This document shows, piece by piece, positions 36,490 to 45,280 of a DNA stretch of 64,000 nucleotides. The DNA lies in the NCBI GenBank assembly GCA_964586735.1, contig CAZPIN010000242.1:257-64256 (forward strand), read 5' to 3'. Origin of the DNA: an uncultured Rhodobacterales bacterium (lineage in GTDB: Bacteria > Pseudomonadota > Alphaproteobacteria > Rhodobacterales > CAZPXZ01). Position 1 is the first letter of the stretch. Each line of letters opens with the position of its first letter. The notes beneath the pieces are model-generated. The model was not told the DNA's origin. It saw only the letters and a list, made by a program, of their open reading frames with translations, and ran no database searches. The position numbers were made by a program, and so were the translations under genes.

Positions 36490-37644
36490 CTAGGCGGGAG
36501 GCTCCACCGCCTCCCGCATCCACCGCTGCAGGTGCATCACCGAGTGCTCCGAATTGACGCCGCAGGCGGGGTCCACCACCAGCGGCCCGGGCCGGTAGCC
36601 CCGCGACCCCAGTCCCCGCTGCACGCACTCCACCAGATGGATGTCCTCCTCCACCGTAGTGGCGCGGTCCTGCTTCGCCAGCTGGCGCACCACGGAATCC
36701 TCCGCGCCGCCCTCCGAGTGCCAGCCCCGCCATACCACCACATGGCCGACGTCGACAGGGCGCCAGTGGTAGGTGTTCAGGCGGTTGCCCGGATAGACCT
36801 GAAACGAAAACAGCGGCCACAGGTACCAGCTCGAGTAGCCGTCGTGATGGGCATACCCCGATTCGATGTCGTAGGTCATCCTGCTCAGGTCGCCGCTTTG
36901 CGTGGTGTGGCGCAGGCAGTAGCCCTGCGGCTGGATGTCGTAGGTCTCGGTCTTCACCACCCCCGTCGAAAACGTCGGATGGTTGAGCGCGCAGTGGTAG
37001 CACTCCGAGTAGTTCTCCACCGACACCTTCCAGTTGCACCGCTCCGGTATCTCCACCCACTCCAGCGGCTCGAGGCTCTCCCAGTTGGGCACCCACTCCT
37101 CCAGCTCCCGCCGCGCGCCGGGAAACCACTCGTCCATCGGCGCCGCATCGGAGTCGAGATTGACGAACACAAACCCCAGAAACTCCTCCGCCCGCACCTC
37201 GCAAAGGCGGATGCTGCCGCGGTCAAATCCCGGCACGCTTCTGGCGTTGGGCGCCCCGCGCAGCTCTCCAGTCAATTCGTACGTCCAGGCGTGGTAGGGA
37301 CAGACAAGCGTGCGGGCGGTCCCCTGTCCCTTGACGATCTGGTGCGCCCGATGCTGGCAGACGTTGTAGAAGGCCCGCACCGCGCCGTCCCGTCCCCGCA
37401 CGCAGAAGAAACCCTCCCCCGCCAGCTCGAAGGCGCAGTAATCGCCCGGTTCGCGCACCGCGCTGGCATGGCATGCGTACTGCCAGCTGCGCGACAGAAG
37501 CCCGGTGCGCTCTGCCTCGAAGACCGCCGGGTCCGTGTAGTAGCGCGCCTCCAGCGACCGCGTGGGCCCGTCCCCGCCGCCGCCTTCGGCGGGCGCCCGC
37601 TTCTGCTTGGGCTGCGTTAGAGTCGTCTCGCTCATAGTGGGCAT
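36490..37644 (-). CDS. Rieske [2Fe-2S] aromatic-ring-hydroxylating oxygenase alpha subunit (GbcA/monooxygenase-like)
   Basis: Rieske motif 'CQHRAHQ...CPYHAWTY'. Start at ATG 37644 or 37635. Confidence 0.85.
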   Translation of the reverse strand: MPTMSETTLTQPKQKRAPAEGGGGDGPTRSLEARYYTDPAVFEAERTGLLSRSWQYACHASAVREPGDYCAFELAGEGFFCVRGRDGAVRAFYNVCQHRAHQIVKGQGTARTLVCPYHAWTYELTGELRGAPNARSVPGFDRGSIRLCEVRAEEFLGFVFVNLDSDAAPMDEWFPGARRELEEWVPNWESLEPLEWVEIPERCNWKVSVENYSECYHCALNHPTFSTGVVKTETYDIQPQGYCLRHTTQSGDLSRMTYDIESGYAHHDGYSSWYLWPLFSFQVYPGNRLNTYHWRPVDVGHVVVWRGWHSEGGAEDSVVRQLAKQDRATTVEEDIHLVECVQRGLGSRGYRPGPLVVDPACGVNSEHSVMHLQRWMREAVEPPA

Positions 37645-37668
37645 GTTACGCGAATCGGGAGCGCGCCG

Positions 37669-40113
37669 GTGGCCCAGAAACTGCCTTCCCACGCCCGCGC
37701 CGTCATCGTCGGCGGCGGCATCATGGGCGTGGGCCTCGCCTACCATCTCGCCAAGGAGGGATGGGGCGGCGAAACCGTCCTCGTCGAGAAGGCCGAACTC
37801 ACCAGCGGCAGCACATGGCACGCCGCCGGCCAGATCACCCAGTCAGTCAGCTCGCACAGCCTCGGCCGCTGCGTCGCCTACAACCTCAGTCTCTACGCCG
37901 GCGGCCTCGAGGCCGAAACCGGACAGTCGGTCACCTGGCACGGCTGCGGGTCGCTGCGCCTCGCCTACACCGAGGACGAGATGGACTGGCTGCGCCACAC
38001 CCTGTCGGTAGGCCGCGCCCTCGGTTTCCGCATGGAGATTGTCAGTCCCGCCCGCGCCGCCGCGCTGCATCCCCACTACCAGCTCGACGGCGTGCTGGGC
38101 GCGCTGCACACCCCCGACGACGGCCATGTCGATCCGGCGGGCGCCACCATGGCCCTGGCCGCCGGCGCGCGCGCCGGCGGCGTCCAGATCGTACGCCGCT
38201 GCCGCGCCACCAATATCGTCCGCGCCCCAGGCGGCGAATGGACCGTGGAAACCGAGCGGGGACCGATTCGCTGCCAGCACGTGGTCAACGCCGGCGGTAC
38301 CTACGCCCGCCAGATCGGCGACTGGAGCGGCCTGCAGCTGCCCGCCGTCTCCATGACCCACCATTATTTCGTGACCGAGCCGGTGCCGGAGTTCGCCGGC
38401 CTCGACCGCGAGCTGCCGGTGGTGCGCGACGACCGCAAGGTCTCCGGCTACGTCCGCATGGAGCAGCGGCGCGGCCTCATCGGAATCTACGAAAAGGAAA
38501 ATCCCAACACGGTCTGGGAGGACGGCTGCCCCTGGGAGGCGGAGAACGAGCTCTTCGACCCCGACTACGACCGCGTGCTGCCATGGCTGGAGGAGGCCCT
38601 GCGCCGCATGCCGGTCCTCGCCGACCGCGCCATCGCCCGCACCGTCCACGGCGCCATCTCCCATCCCCCCGACGGCAACCCGCTGGTCGGCCCGGCCCCC
38701 GGCGCCCCCGGCTACTGGTACTGCTGCGGCACCCAGATCGGAATCGGCTGGGGACCGGGCCTTACCCGCGAGCTCGCCCGCTGGATGGTGCATGGCGCGG
38801 CCAACATCTCCATGCGCGACTGCGACCCCCGCCGCTTCGGCGATTACGCCACCCGCGAGTGGCAGGCGGTCAAGGCCAAAGAGGACTACTGCCTGCGCCA
38901 TGAGATTCCCTACCCCCACTTCAGCCGCAAAGCCGGACGGCCGGTGCACCCCTCCCCCCTCTACGAGACTCTGAAGGCCAAGGGGGCGGTGTACGAGGAG
39001 GTGTACGGTTTCGAGCGCCCCCGCTGGTTCGCCCGCGGCGGCGTGCCGCAGCGGGACCATGACTCCTTCCGCCGCACGCCCGTGCATGACATGGTGGGCG
39101 GCGAGGTCCGCGCCGTCCGCGAGCGCGCTGGCATCATGGACATCACCGCCTTCGCCAAGGTCGAGGTCGCCGGCCCCGGCGCCGCAGCTCTGCTCGGCCG
39201 CCTGTCGGCCAACCGGGTGCCTGGCAAGGACGGCGCGACCGCCCTTGCCCACCTGACCAGCCGCGCCGGGCGAATCGAGCTGGAGACCATCATCCTGCGC
39301 ATGGAGGAGCGTCGCTATTATCTGGTGTGCGCCGCGTTTTTCGAGCGGCGGCTGGTCGACCATCTCGAGTGCCACGCCAAGGGACTCGACGTCGAGGTCC
39401 GGGCGCTGTCGCGGGACTGGGCGGCGCTGGCCATCAACGGACCCCGGGCGCGGGAGATTCTGGCCGCCTGCACCGACGCCGATCTTGGCAACGCCAGCTT
39501 TCCGTGGATGACGGCGCAGCCCATTGCAGTCGCCGGCCACGAGGTATGGGCGATGCGCATGTCCTACGCGGGAGAGCTGGGATGGGAGCTGCACATGCCC
39601 AGCGCCGCCTGCCACGGCGTGTACGACGGACTGTGGAAGGCGGGCGAGTCCTGCGGCATCGCCGACTACGGAAGTTTCGCCATGAACGCCATGCGCATGG
39701 AGAAGGCTTTCAAGGGCGCCGCCGAGCTGACCAACGAAGTCACCCTGGCGGAAGCCGACGTCCTCCGCTTTGCCAAATCGGACCAGGAGTTTCTGGGCCG
39801 CGCCGCCGCGCTGGACGGCAGCCTCCGCTGGGCGTGCGCCTATCTCGCCATCGATACGGACGGCATAGCCGACGGCCACGGCGGCGAGGCGGTGATGATG
39901 GATGGCAAGGTCGTTGGCTCCACCTCCTCGGTGGCCTATGGCCACAGCGTCGAAACGACCCTCGCCTTCGCCTACCTCGATCCCGAGGCCGCCGCCCCCA
40001 ACACCGAGCTGCGGGTACTCGTCCAGGGAAAGCCGCGCTGCGCGCGGGTACTGGTGGAGCCCGCCTACGACCCCCAAAGCCTGCGGCCGCGGGCAGACGC
40101 GGAAGCCAGCTGA
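37669..40113 (+). CDS. FAD-dependent oxidoreductase with a C-terminal GcvT-like aminomethyltransferase domain (dimethylglycine/sarcosine dehydrogenase-like)
   Basis: 814 aa. 'AVIVGGGIMGVGLAYHL' dinucleotide fold. The C-terminal half is GcvT-like ('MSYAGELGWELH'). Confidence 0.85.
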   Translation: MAQKLPSHARAVIVGGGIMGVGLAYHLAKEGWGGETVLVEKAELTSGSTWHAAGQITQSVSSHSLGRCVAYNLSLYAGGLEAETGQSVTWHGCGSLRLAYTEDEMDWLRHTLSVGRALGFRMEIVSPARAAALHPHYQLDGVLGALHTPDDGHVDPAGATMALAAGARAGGVQIVRRCRATNIVRAPGGEWTVETERGPIRCQHVVNAGGTYARQIGDWSGLQLPAVSMTHHYFVTEPVPEFAGLDRELPVVRDDRKVSGYVRMEQRRGLIGIYEKENPNTVWEDGCPWEAENELFDPDYDRVLPWLEEALRRMPVLADRAIARTVHGAISHPPDGNPLVGPAPGAPGYWYCCGTQIGIGWGPGLTRELARWMVHGAANISMRDCDPRRFGDYATREWQAVKAKEDYCLRHEIPYPHFSRKAGRPVHPSPLYETLKAKGAVYEEVYGFERPRWFARGGVPQRDHDSFRRTPVHDMVGGEVRAVRERAGIMDITAFAKVEVAGPGAAALLGRLSANRVPGKDGATALAHLTSRAGRIELETIILRMEERRYYLVCAAFFERRLVDHLECHAKGLDVEVRALSRDWAALAINGPRAREILAACTDADLGNASFPWMTAQPIAVAGHEVWAMRMSYAGELGWELHMPSAACHGVYDGLWKAGESCGIADYGSFAMNAMRMEKAFKGAAELTNEVTLAEADVLRFAKSDQEFLGRAAALDGSLRWACAYLAIDTDGIADGHGGEAVMMDGKVVGSTSSVAYGHSVETTLAFAYLDPEAAAPNTELRVLVQGKPRCARVLVEPAYDPQSLRPRADAEAS

Positions 40114-40696
40114 TGCTGGCAGACTGCCCGAGGACGCGGCGCTGGCGGAAGTGCGATGCAGGGTCGTCGGCATAGCGACGAGGCCGAGACGATGGCCGTC
40201 CTCGCGAAGGCGGGCAGCCACTTCATGAAATCCCTGCGCAACCGCCTGCTCGCCATCGCCGCTGAAGACGGTCTCCATGACATGCCGGACTGCAGGTCGA
40301 CCTCGCGCAGATTGACAAGGGCGCCCTCGACGCCTATCCTATGAGTCGCCGCGTCAGCAGCCCGCGTATGGACGGCCCGGGCACGCATCGATTCGCTGGA
40401 CGGAGGCGGCCGAGCTGTCCATAATCATGGCCGCACTGCAGGATGCGGCGCCCGGTGCGGATAGCGGACTGGACGGACTTTAACTTTTACGCCACAAGAG
40501 TCGTGGCGGTAAAATCACTTTTTTCAAACCGTAATTCTCGCGCAAATGCATGGATAAATTTTTCCACGGGGATCGTATTTGCTTCTTTGCGCAATTGCGC
40601 CACTTGCATTCTCACGCTGCATGCCTACCTTGCATGAACCATCAATCCGGAGGGGCTGGTCGGCAGCGTCTTCGCACAGACAAGGGAGCCACCGCC

Positions 40697-41695
40697 ATGC
40701 ACGACCCCAACAATCAGGACGATGTCAATTTCCGCAGGCTGGGCAACTACGAGAAGGTGCTCTGGGAGCTGGCCCGGCTGAGTCTGGCCCCGGTGTTCTT
40801 CCATCAGCTCTGCACGGAATTTGGCCTCCAGCTGATCAACCCGATACTCCTGGGCCTCGGCGAGGCCGACCTGGTGGTCCTTGCGAAGCTGACCGACGGC
40901 CGCTACCTGCTCATCGTCTGGGAGCACAAGTCCTACAGGGACGAGTACGCGAAGCTGCAGCTGGCCCGCTACGTCTTCGCCAAGGCGTACGAGCTGGTGC
41001 AGGACAAAGAGCATACAGAAGGCAAAGTGCCAATTATGTACGGCGTGGTTGCCCTGCACCGGGAAGCGTCGAAGTATCCTCCGGCTGACTTGGACGACCT
41101 GGCCGGCCTCACCAATGAGGAGGAGAAGAAGGCCGCGATGAACACCATAACAGTAGACGGACTCGACTTCGGGCAGATTGGCCGGAAGAACCTCTGCGAG
41201 GACCCGGAGGCAGGTGGGCTGATACTGCCGTTTACGGTTGGCTGGGGCGGACGGGAGCTGGACGACGGGGACCTCGTCTACTTGGGCCGGGCGGTAAGGC
41301 TTCACAAGGAGGAGATGAAGCGCTATATTGTTGGGCAGGTTGTCGATAGGCTGGGCGTACCGTTTGAGCGGTGGCGAACGGTTGCGACAGGAGAGATGGA
41401 ACCAGAGGAAGCGAAGAAAACCGTGGACGCGATTGTGGAACAGCTGAGGAGCGAGGGCGAAGCTCGGGGGCTGGCCAAGGCTTTCCTGATGCAGGCGCGG
41501 AGCAAGTTTCGGCGAGTGCCCAGGAACAGACAGGCGCAGGTGCGCGCCGCTTCGATACCGCAGCTCGAGGACTGGATGCGCCGGATATTTACGGCTACCA
41601 GCCTCAACGCGGTATTTGACGGCGACGCTGACGGCGGCCACGCCATCAACGGGGTTCCCGCCAAGCCGCCTTCCCGGAAGGGGACGGCCAACTAG
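40697..41695 (+). CDS. Rpn/YhgA-like PD-(D/E)XK recombination-promoting nuclease with a C-terminal DUF4351-like tail
   Basis: ATG 40697 follows the SD 'GGGAG'. 'GEADLVVLAKLTDGRYLLIVWEHKSYRD' resembles the Rpn nuclease core (D...EHQS..D). The tail 'EGEARGLAKAFLMQARSKFRRVPRNRQAQVRAASIPQLEDWMRRIFTATSLNAVF' is DUF4351-like. Confidence 0.7.
   Translation: MHDPNNQDDVNFRRLGNYEKVLWELARLSLAPVFFHQLCTEFGLQLINPILLGLGEADLVVLAKLTDGRYLLIVWEHKSYRDEYAKLQLARYVFAKAYELVQDKEHTEGKVPIMYGVVALHREASKYPPADLDDLAGLTNEEEKKAAMNTITVDGLDFGQIGRKNLCEDPEAGGLILPFTVGWGGRELDDGDLVYLGRAVRLHKEEMKRYIVGQVVDRLGVPFERWRTVATGEMEPEEAKKTVDAIVEQLRSEGEARGLAKAFLMQARSKFRRVPRNRQAQVRAASIPQLEDWMRRIFTATSLNAVFDGDADGGHAINGVPAKPPSRKGTAN
41471..41645 (+). 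repeat. Direct repeat copy 1 (the 3' tail-coding part of the rpn-like gene)
   Basis: It aligns with 41917-42091 at a 446-bp offset, with about 9 mismatches in the first ~150 nt by eye. Confidence 0.85.
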
Positions 41696-41820
41696 GCTGG
41701 CTATTCCTCGCCCAACGCTCTAGGCACCGAGATGCGGGTACTTGTCCAAGGCGAGCCGCGCAGCGCCGTTTCGAGACGGCTCTGGAACGAGGGACAAGCC
41801 AAGAGGAGGCAACGGAATCC

Positions 41821-42414
41821 ATGGACGCGATTGCACAGCAGTTTGAAAACGAGGGCATCGCCAAGGGCGAATCTCGGGGCATTGCCAAGGGCCGGGAGAT
41901 TGGCGTGGCCGAGGGACTGGCCAAGGCTTTCCTGATGCAGGCGCGGAGCAAGTTTCGGCGAGTGCCCAAGAACAGGCAGGCGCAGGTACGCGCCGCTTCG
42001 ATACCGCAGCTCGAGGAGTGGATGCGCCGGATTCTTACGGCTACCAGTCTCAATGCGGTATTAGACGGCGACGATGGCAACGGCCATGCCGCTTCACAGC
42101 GGCCCCGTTCAAGAGAGCAGAAGCACGAGGAGGCCAGAGAAGCCATGGACCCAAGGAAGAGGCTGGAAAGGCTGATGCTCGATCGCGAAGCTCTAAGTCA
42201 TATTCAAGGTGTGGGGACAGGCATCACCCTTGGCGAAAGGATGATATTTGAGAGGGCCGCTAAACGGCGGTTTCAGAGCATCCCAGATCGTCTGATGCTC
42301 CAAATGGACGAAGCATCGTCGGACCAGTTCGATGCCTGGTTTGACCGGCTGTACGAGGTCTCCGATCTGGAATCGGTGTTCAGCGGAAGCGGCGACGGCA
42401 AAGCCAGCGAGTAG
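41821..42414 (+). CDS. Stand-alone protein with two DUF4351-like domains (an Rpn tail paralog lacking the nuclease domain)
   Basis: 197 aa. An EG-repeat linker 'ENEGIAKGESRGIAKGREIGVAEG' is followed by a near-copy of the upstream gene tail, and then a second divergent module 'LGERMIFERAAKRRFQSIPDRLMLQMDEASSDQFDAWFDRLYEVSDLESVF'. SD 'GAGGAGG'. Confidence 0.65.
   Translation: MDAIAQQFENEGIAKGESRGIAKGREIGVAEGLAKAFLMQARSKFRRVPKNRQAQVRAASIPQLEEWMRRILTATSLNAVLDGDDGNGHAASQRPRSREQKHEEAREAMDPRKRLERLMLDREALSHIQGVGTGITLGERMIFERAAKRRFQSIPDRLMLQMDEASSDQFDAWFDRLYEVSDLESVFSGSGDGKASE
41917..42091 (+). repeat. Direct repeat copy 2 (the first DUF4351-like domain of the stand-alone gene)
   Basis: See 41471-41645. 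Confidence 0.85.
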
Positions 42415-42884
42415 TAGTGCCTGGTTGCTCCGCGACGGATGATGCCAATGCCCCAGATTGGCCGAGTGAGACCTGGCTGCGCATCCGAATCGTGGTACAG
42501 CGACGTCGAACTGCGTTTCCTTCAGGATTTCGACACTTTCCGGTGCCGCCAGGATCTGTGCCGCTGGACAAGTCGGTGCGGCTGGTGACGACTCTTGGCG
42601 GCAGCAACCGCCGCGAGAAGCATCCGTCATCAGGTTATCAGCTTGTGTGATGCGGCTATGGCTGCCCTGCCAAGGCGGTGAGCGGCTATTGCTATTCAGA
42701 GGAGTAGCTGCAGGCGATTTGCGAGAAACGGCGAAGCAAAGACTTGTACCCGCGGCAATCCATCCCCGTCAGGGCTAGACGGCAGCGCTGCCGGGAAAGC
42801 CTCCAACAAGACTGGCAGACACTATCATGTGCAGATTGGTGCCACTTGCGGGTACCAGTCAGACCTAGCGGACACGGGAAGGGA

Positions 42885-44174
42885 ATGCCCGCCATGACCA
42901 GCCGCATTCACAGTCAGGCCGAGTGGGCAGAGCGCGCCCGCGCCGTGCTGCCGGCGGGAGGCTTTGGCAACTTCGACCCCCGATTCGTGATCCGCGAAGG
43001 CAACGGGTCGCGTCTGTGGGACGAGGACGGCAACGAGTACGTCGACTACCTGCTCGGCTCCGGTCCCATGATGCTTGGCCACGGACACCCCGAAGTGCTG
43101 GAGGCTGTTTACCGGCAGCTGCCGCTGGGTCAGACGTTTTTCGCCAGCAACGCCGCCGCCATCGAGCTTGCCGAGGAAATCTGCCGCGCCGTACCATGCG
43201 CCGAACGGCTGCGCTACGTCTCCTCCGGAGGTGAAGCCGACATGTACGCCATGCGGCTGGCGCGGGCCTATACCGGACGCGACAAGATCGTGAAGTTCGA
43301 GGGCGGCTACCACGGCATGAGCGCGGAGGCGCAGATGAGCCTCGCCCCGGAACGGCTGGCCAACTTTCCCCAGGCGGTGCCCGACAGCGCGGGAATCCCC
43401 CAGGCGGTGGCCGACGAGATGCTGATCGCCCCCTTCAACGATCCCGACTACATCAGGTCGCTGCTGGCGGAATGGGGCGACCGCGTCGCCGCCATCATCG
43501 TCGAGCCCCTCCAGCGAATCATTCCGCCCCTGCCGGGGTTTCTGCAGCTGCTCCGCGAGGAGGCCGACCGCTATGGCATCGTGCTGGTGTTTGACGAAGT
43601 GGTGACCGGATTCCGATTCGCCTACGGCGGCGCCCAGGAGCTGTACGGGGTGGTGCCCGACGTGGCCACGCTGGGCAAGGTGATTGGCGGCGGTTTTGCG
43701 CTGGCCGCTATAGCCGGCACAGAGGACATCATGGCGCACTTCGACAGGGACTCCGTCGGCGCCGAGAGGTGGCTGATGCAGCTGGGGACGCTGTCGGGCA
43801 ATCCGGTGGCGGCGGCGGCCGGTCTCAAGTCGCTTGAGATACTCCGCCGCCCGGGCCAGTACGGAACGCTGCGCGGCAATGGCCTGCGGGTGATGGACAT
43901 GGCGGCCGCCGCCCTCGACGAAACCGGACTGCCCTACCAGATCGTGGGCGAGCCGACGCTGTTTGACGTAGTCTTCGCCACCGAGCAGCCCCGTGACTAC
44001 CGCGCCGTGAAGGAGGGTAACATGACGCTGGCGAAGAGGTTCAACGACGCGCTTGTGGCGGGAGGGCTGTTCAAGTCGGCGGGAAAGACGTACATCAGCC
44101 TCGCCCTCACCGAAGAAGACTTCGATGTCACACAGCGGGCAATGGCCTCTGCCGCCAAGTCTCTGACAGTATAG
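42885..44174 (+). CDS. Class-III (aspartate aminotransferase fold) PLP aminotransferase, GSA-aminomutase-like
   Basis: 'YVDYLLGSGPMMLGHGHPEV', 'VFDEVVTGFRFAYGG', 'TLGKVIGGG' (PLP lysine). ATG 42885 follows the SD 'GGGAAGGG'. Confidence 0.85.
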   Translation: MPAMTSRIHSQAEWAERARAVLPAGGFGNFDPRFVIREGNGSRLWDEDGNEYVDYLLGSGPMMLGHGHPEVLEAVYRQLPLGQTFFASNAAAIELAEEICRAVPCAERLRYVSSGGEADMYAMRLARAYTGRDKIVKFEGGYHGMSAEAQMSLAPERLANFPQAVPDSAGIPQAVADEMLIAPFNDPDYIRSLLAEWGDRVAAIIVEPLQRIIPPLPGFLQLLREEADRYGIVLVFDEVVTGFRFAYGGAQELYGVVPDVATLGKVIGGGFALAAIAGTEDIMAHFDRDSVGAERWLMQLGTLSGNPVAAAAGLKSLEILRRPGQYGTLRGNGLRVMDMAAAALDETGLPYQIVGEPTLFDVVFATEQPRDYRAVKEGNMTLAKRFNDALVAGGLFKSAGKTYISLALTEEDFDVTQRAMASAAKSLTV

Positions 44175-44241
44175 GATGCCGCAGCCTACCCTCCCAACAA
44201 CTGCCCAGTGAAGTGTGGACTGGACCCCATTCATGGCATAC

Positions 44242-44270
44242 TTGACATCCGACTGGCGGCCAGCTACTCT
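44242..44270 (+). promoter_or_regulatory. Sigma70-like promoter candidate for the small-protein/HEPN pair
   Basis: TTGACA (44242-44247), a 17-nt spacer, then TACTCT (44265-44270). Confidence 0.35.
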
Positions 44271-44361
44271 GTCCGAGATAGCTGCGTGGCTCAGGCGACG
44301 CTGCCGACATCCGGCGGCCCACTTGGCCATCTTGGCTTGGGTAGAACACAAGGAGCACGTG

Positions 44362-44670
44362 ATGACTACCGTCAAAGCAGAGGTCTCTGGCAAGCTGATG
44401 AGCTCTCTCAAGAGAGTGATTCGAAAGCATCTCGCCCCCTCCAAGGTGGTTGATGTACATGTCAAAGGCAAGGCGGGCTGGGAGGATGAGCCGATCCTTA
44501 CCATTTACGTCGTTATAAGGAAGCAGGCAGAACGGCTTGGGTTGCCCGACCCCGAAGGGTATCTTGCACTGCGGAATCATGTGTATTCGACGCTCGAACA
44601 GGCTGGGGATGCAAGACGGCCGCTCTTCCGCTTCCTTTCAGAAGAGGATATGTCAAATGTACGCATTTGA
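44362..44670 (+). CDS. Small hypothetical protein (102 aa), upstream partner of the HEPN gene; possibly a degenerate MNT-like fold
   Basis: ATG 44362 lies 6 nt after the SD 'AAGGAG'. It overlaps the next gene by 14 nt. 'VVDVHVKGKAGWEDEPILTIYVVI' occupies the position of the MNT 'v.lfGS.arG....SDiDl.v' segment, but the catalytic G-S and D-x-D residues are missing. Confidence 0.5.
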   Translation: MTTVKAEVSGKLMSSLKRVIRKHLAPSKVVDVHVKGKAGWEDEPILTIYVVIRKQAERLGLPDPEGYLALRNHVYSTLEQAGDARRPLFRFLSEEDMSNVRI

Positions 44671-45130
44671 ACTAATCCAGTGCGCTATGCGTCCGCTCGA
44701 CCCAGCGCAAATCAGCGATCCTACCGATGCTGACTTCAACAGGTCCGTCAGCTCTTCCTACTACGCTGTCTTTCACGCAGCATGCCAGAATGCCGCGGAC
44801 TGTCTTGTGGGGTCATCACCACAAAGTCGAATTGACCCGGCCTGGCGGCAGGCATATCGAGCAGTCGATCATGGGCACGCGAGAAGGCAATGCAATAACA
44901 AGATGGAGATGATACGGTTTCTGGACACAATTCAGAATTTTGGGAGTTTCTTTGTCGACCTTTATGATTTGCGGCATGATGCGGAATATGACCCGGCAAT
45001 TGTCTTTCGGTATGAAGAAGCTCTAGCAGCAGCGGAAGGCGCAAAGTACGCCGTCGAAAGCCTGTTTGAATCTCCCTTGGCGGACCGCCGGTCTTTTGCC
45101 GTGTGGATGACAATGAAGCATCGCACATAG
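44657..45130 (+). CDS. HEPN-domain-like protein (157 aa)
   Basis: 'NRSVSSSYYAVFHAACQNAA' and 'FFVDLYDLRHDAEYDPAIVFRYEEALAAAEGAKYAVESL' resemble the HEPN helices (R..a.Y.....t.eeA). No His at +5..+7 after the Arg. Confidence 0.6.
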   Translation: MYAFELIQCAMRPLDPAQISDPTDADFNRSVSSSYYAVFHAACQNAADCLVGSSPQSRIDPAWRQAYRAVDHGHARRQCNNKMEMIRFLDTIQNFGSFFVDLYDLRHDAEYDPAIVFRYEEALAAAEGAKYAVESLFESPLADRRSFAVWMTMKHRT

Positions 45131-45280
45131 CAGTTGCACATCTGCGTATACAGTCGCTTTCTGCAAGCTTTCACTGTCTGGTTCAAACACGCCGTCCTCG
45201 CCTGTACTGCTGCACCGCCCCCTACTGCTGTTCTTCCCGGCGGCATGAGGGCCGGTCCGGTTCAGGTTCAAGCAAACAGC

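Noticed and set aside
40114-40440. Short protein-like fragments in several frames ('MAVLAKAGSHFMKSLRNRLLAIAAEDGLH', 'LQVDLAQIDKGALDAYPM') at the left edge of the Rpn islet, possibly a decayed gene marking the insertion point.
   Set aside because: The fragments are too short and frame-broken to assign to any family by eye. A blastx search is needed.
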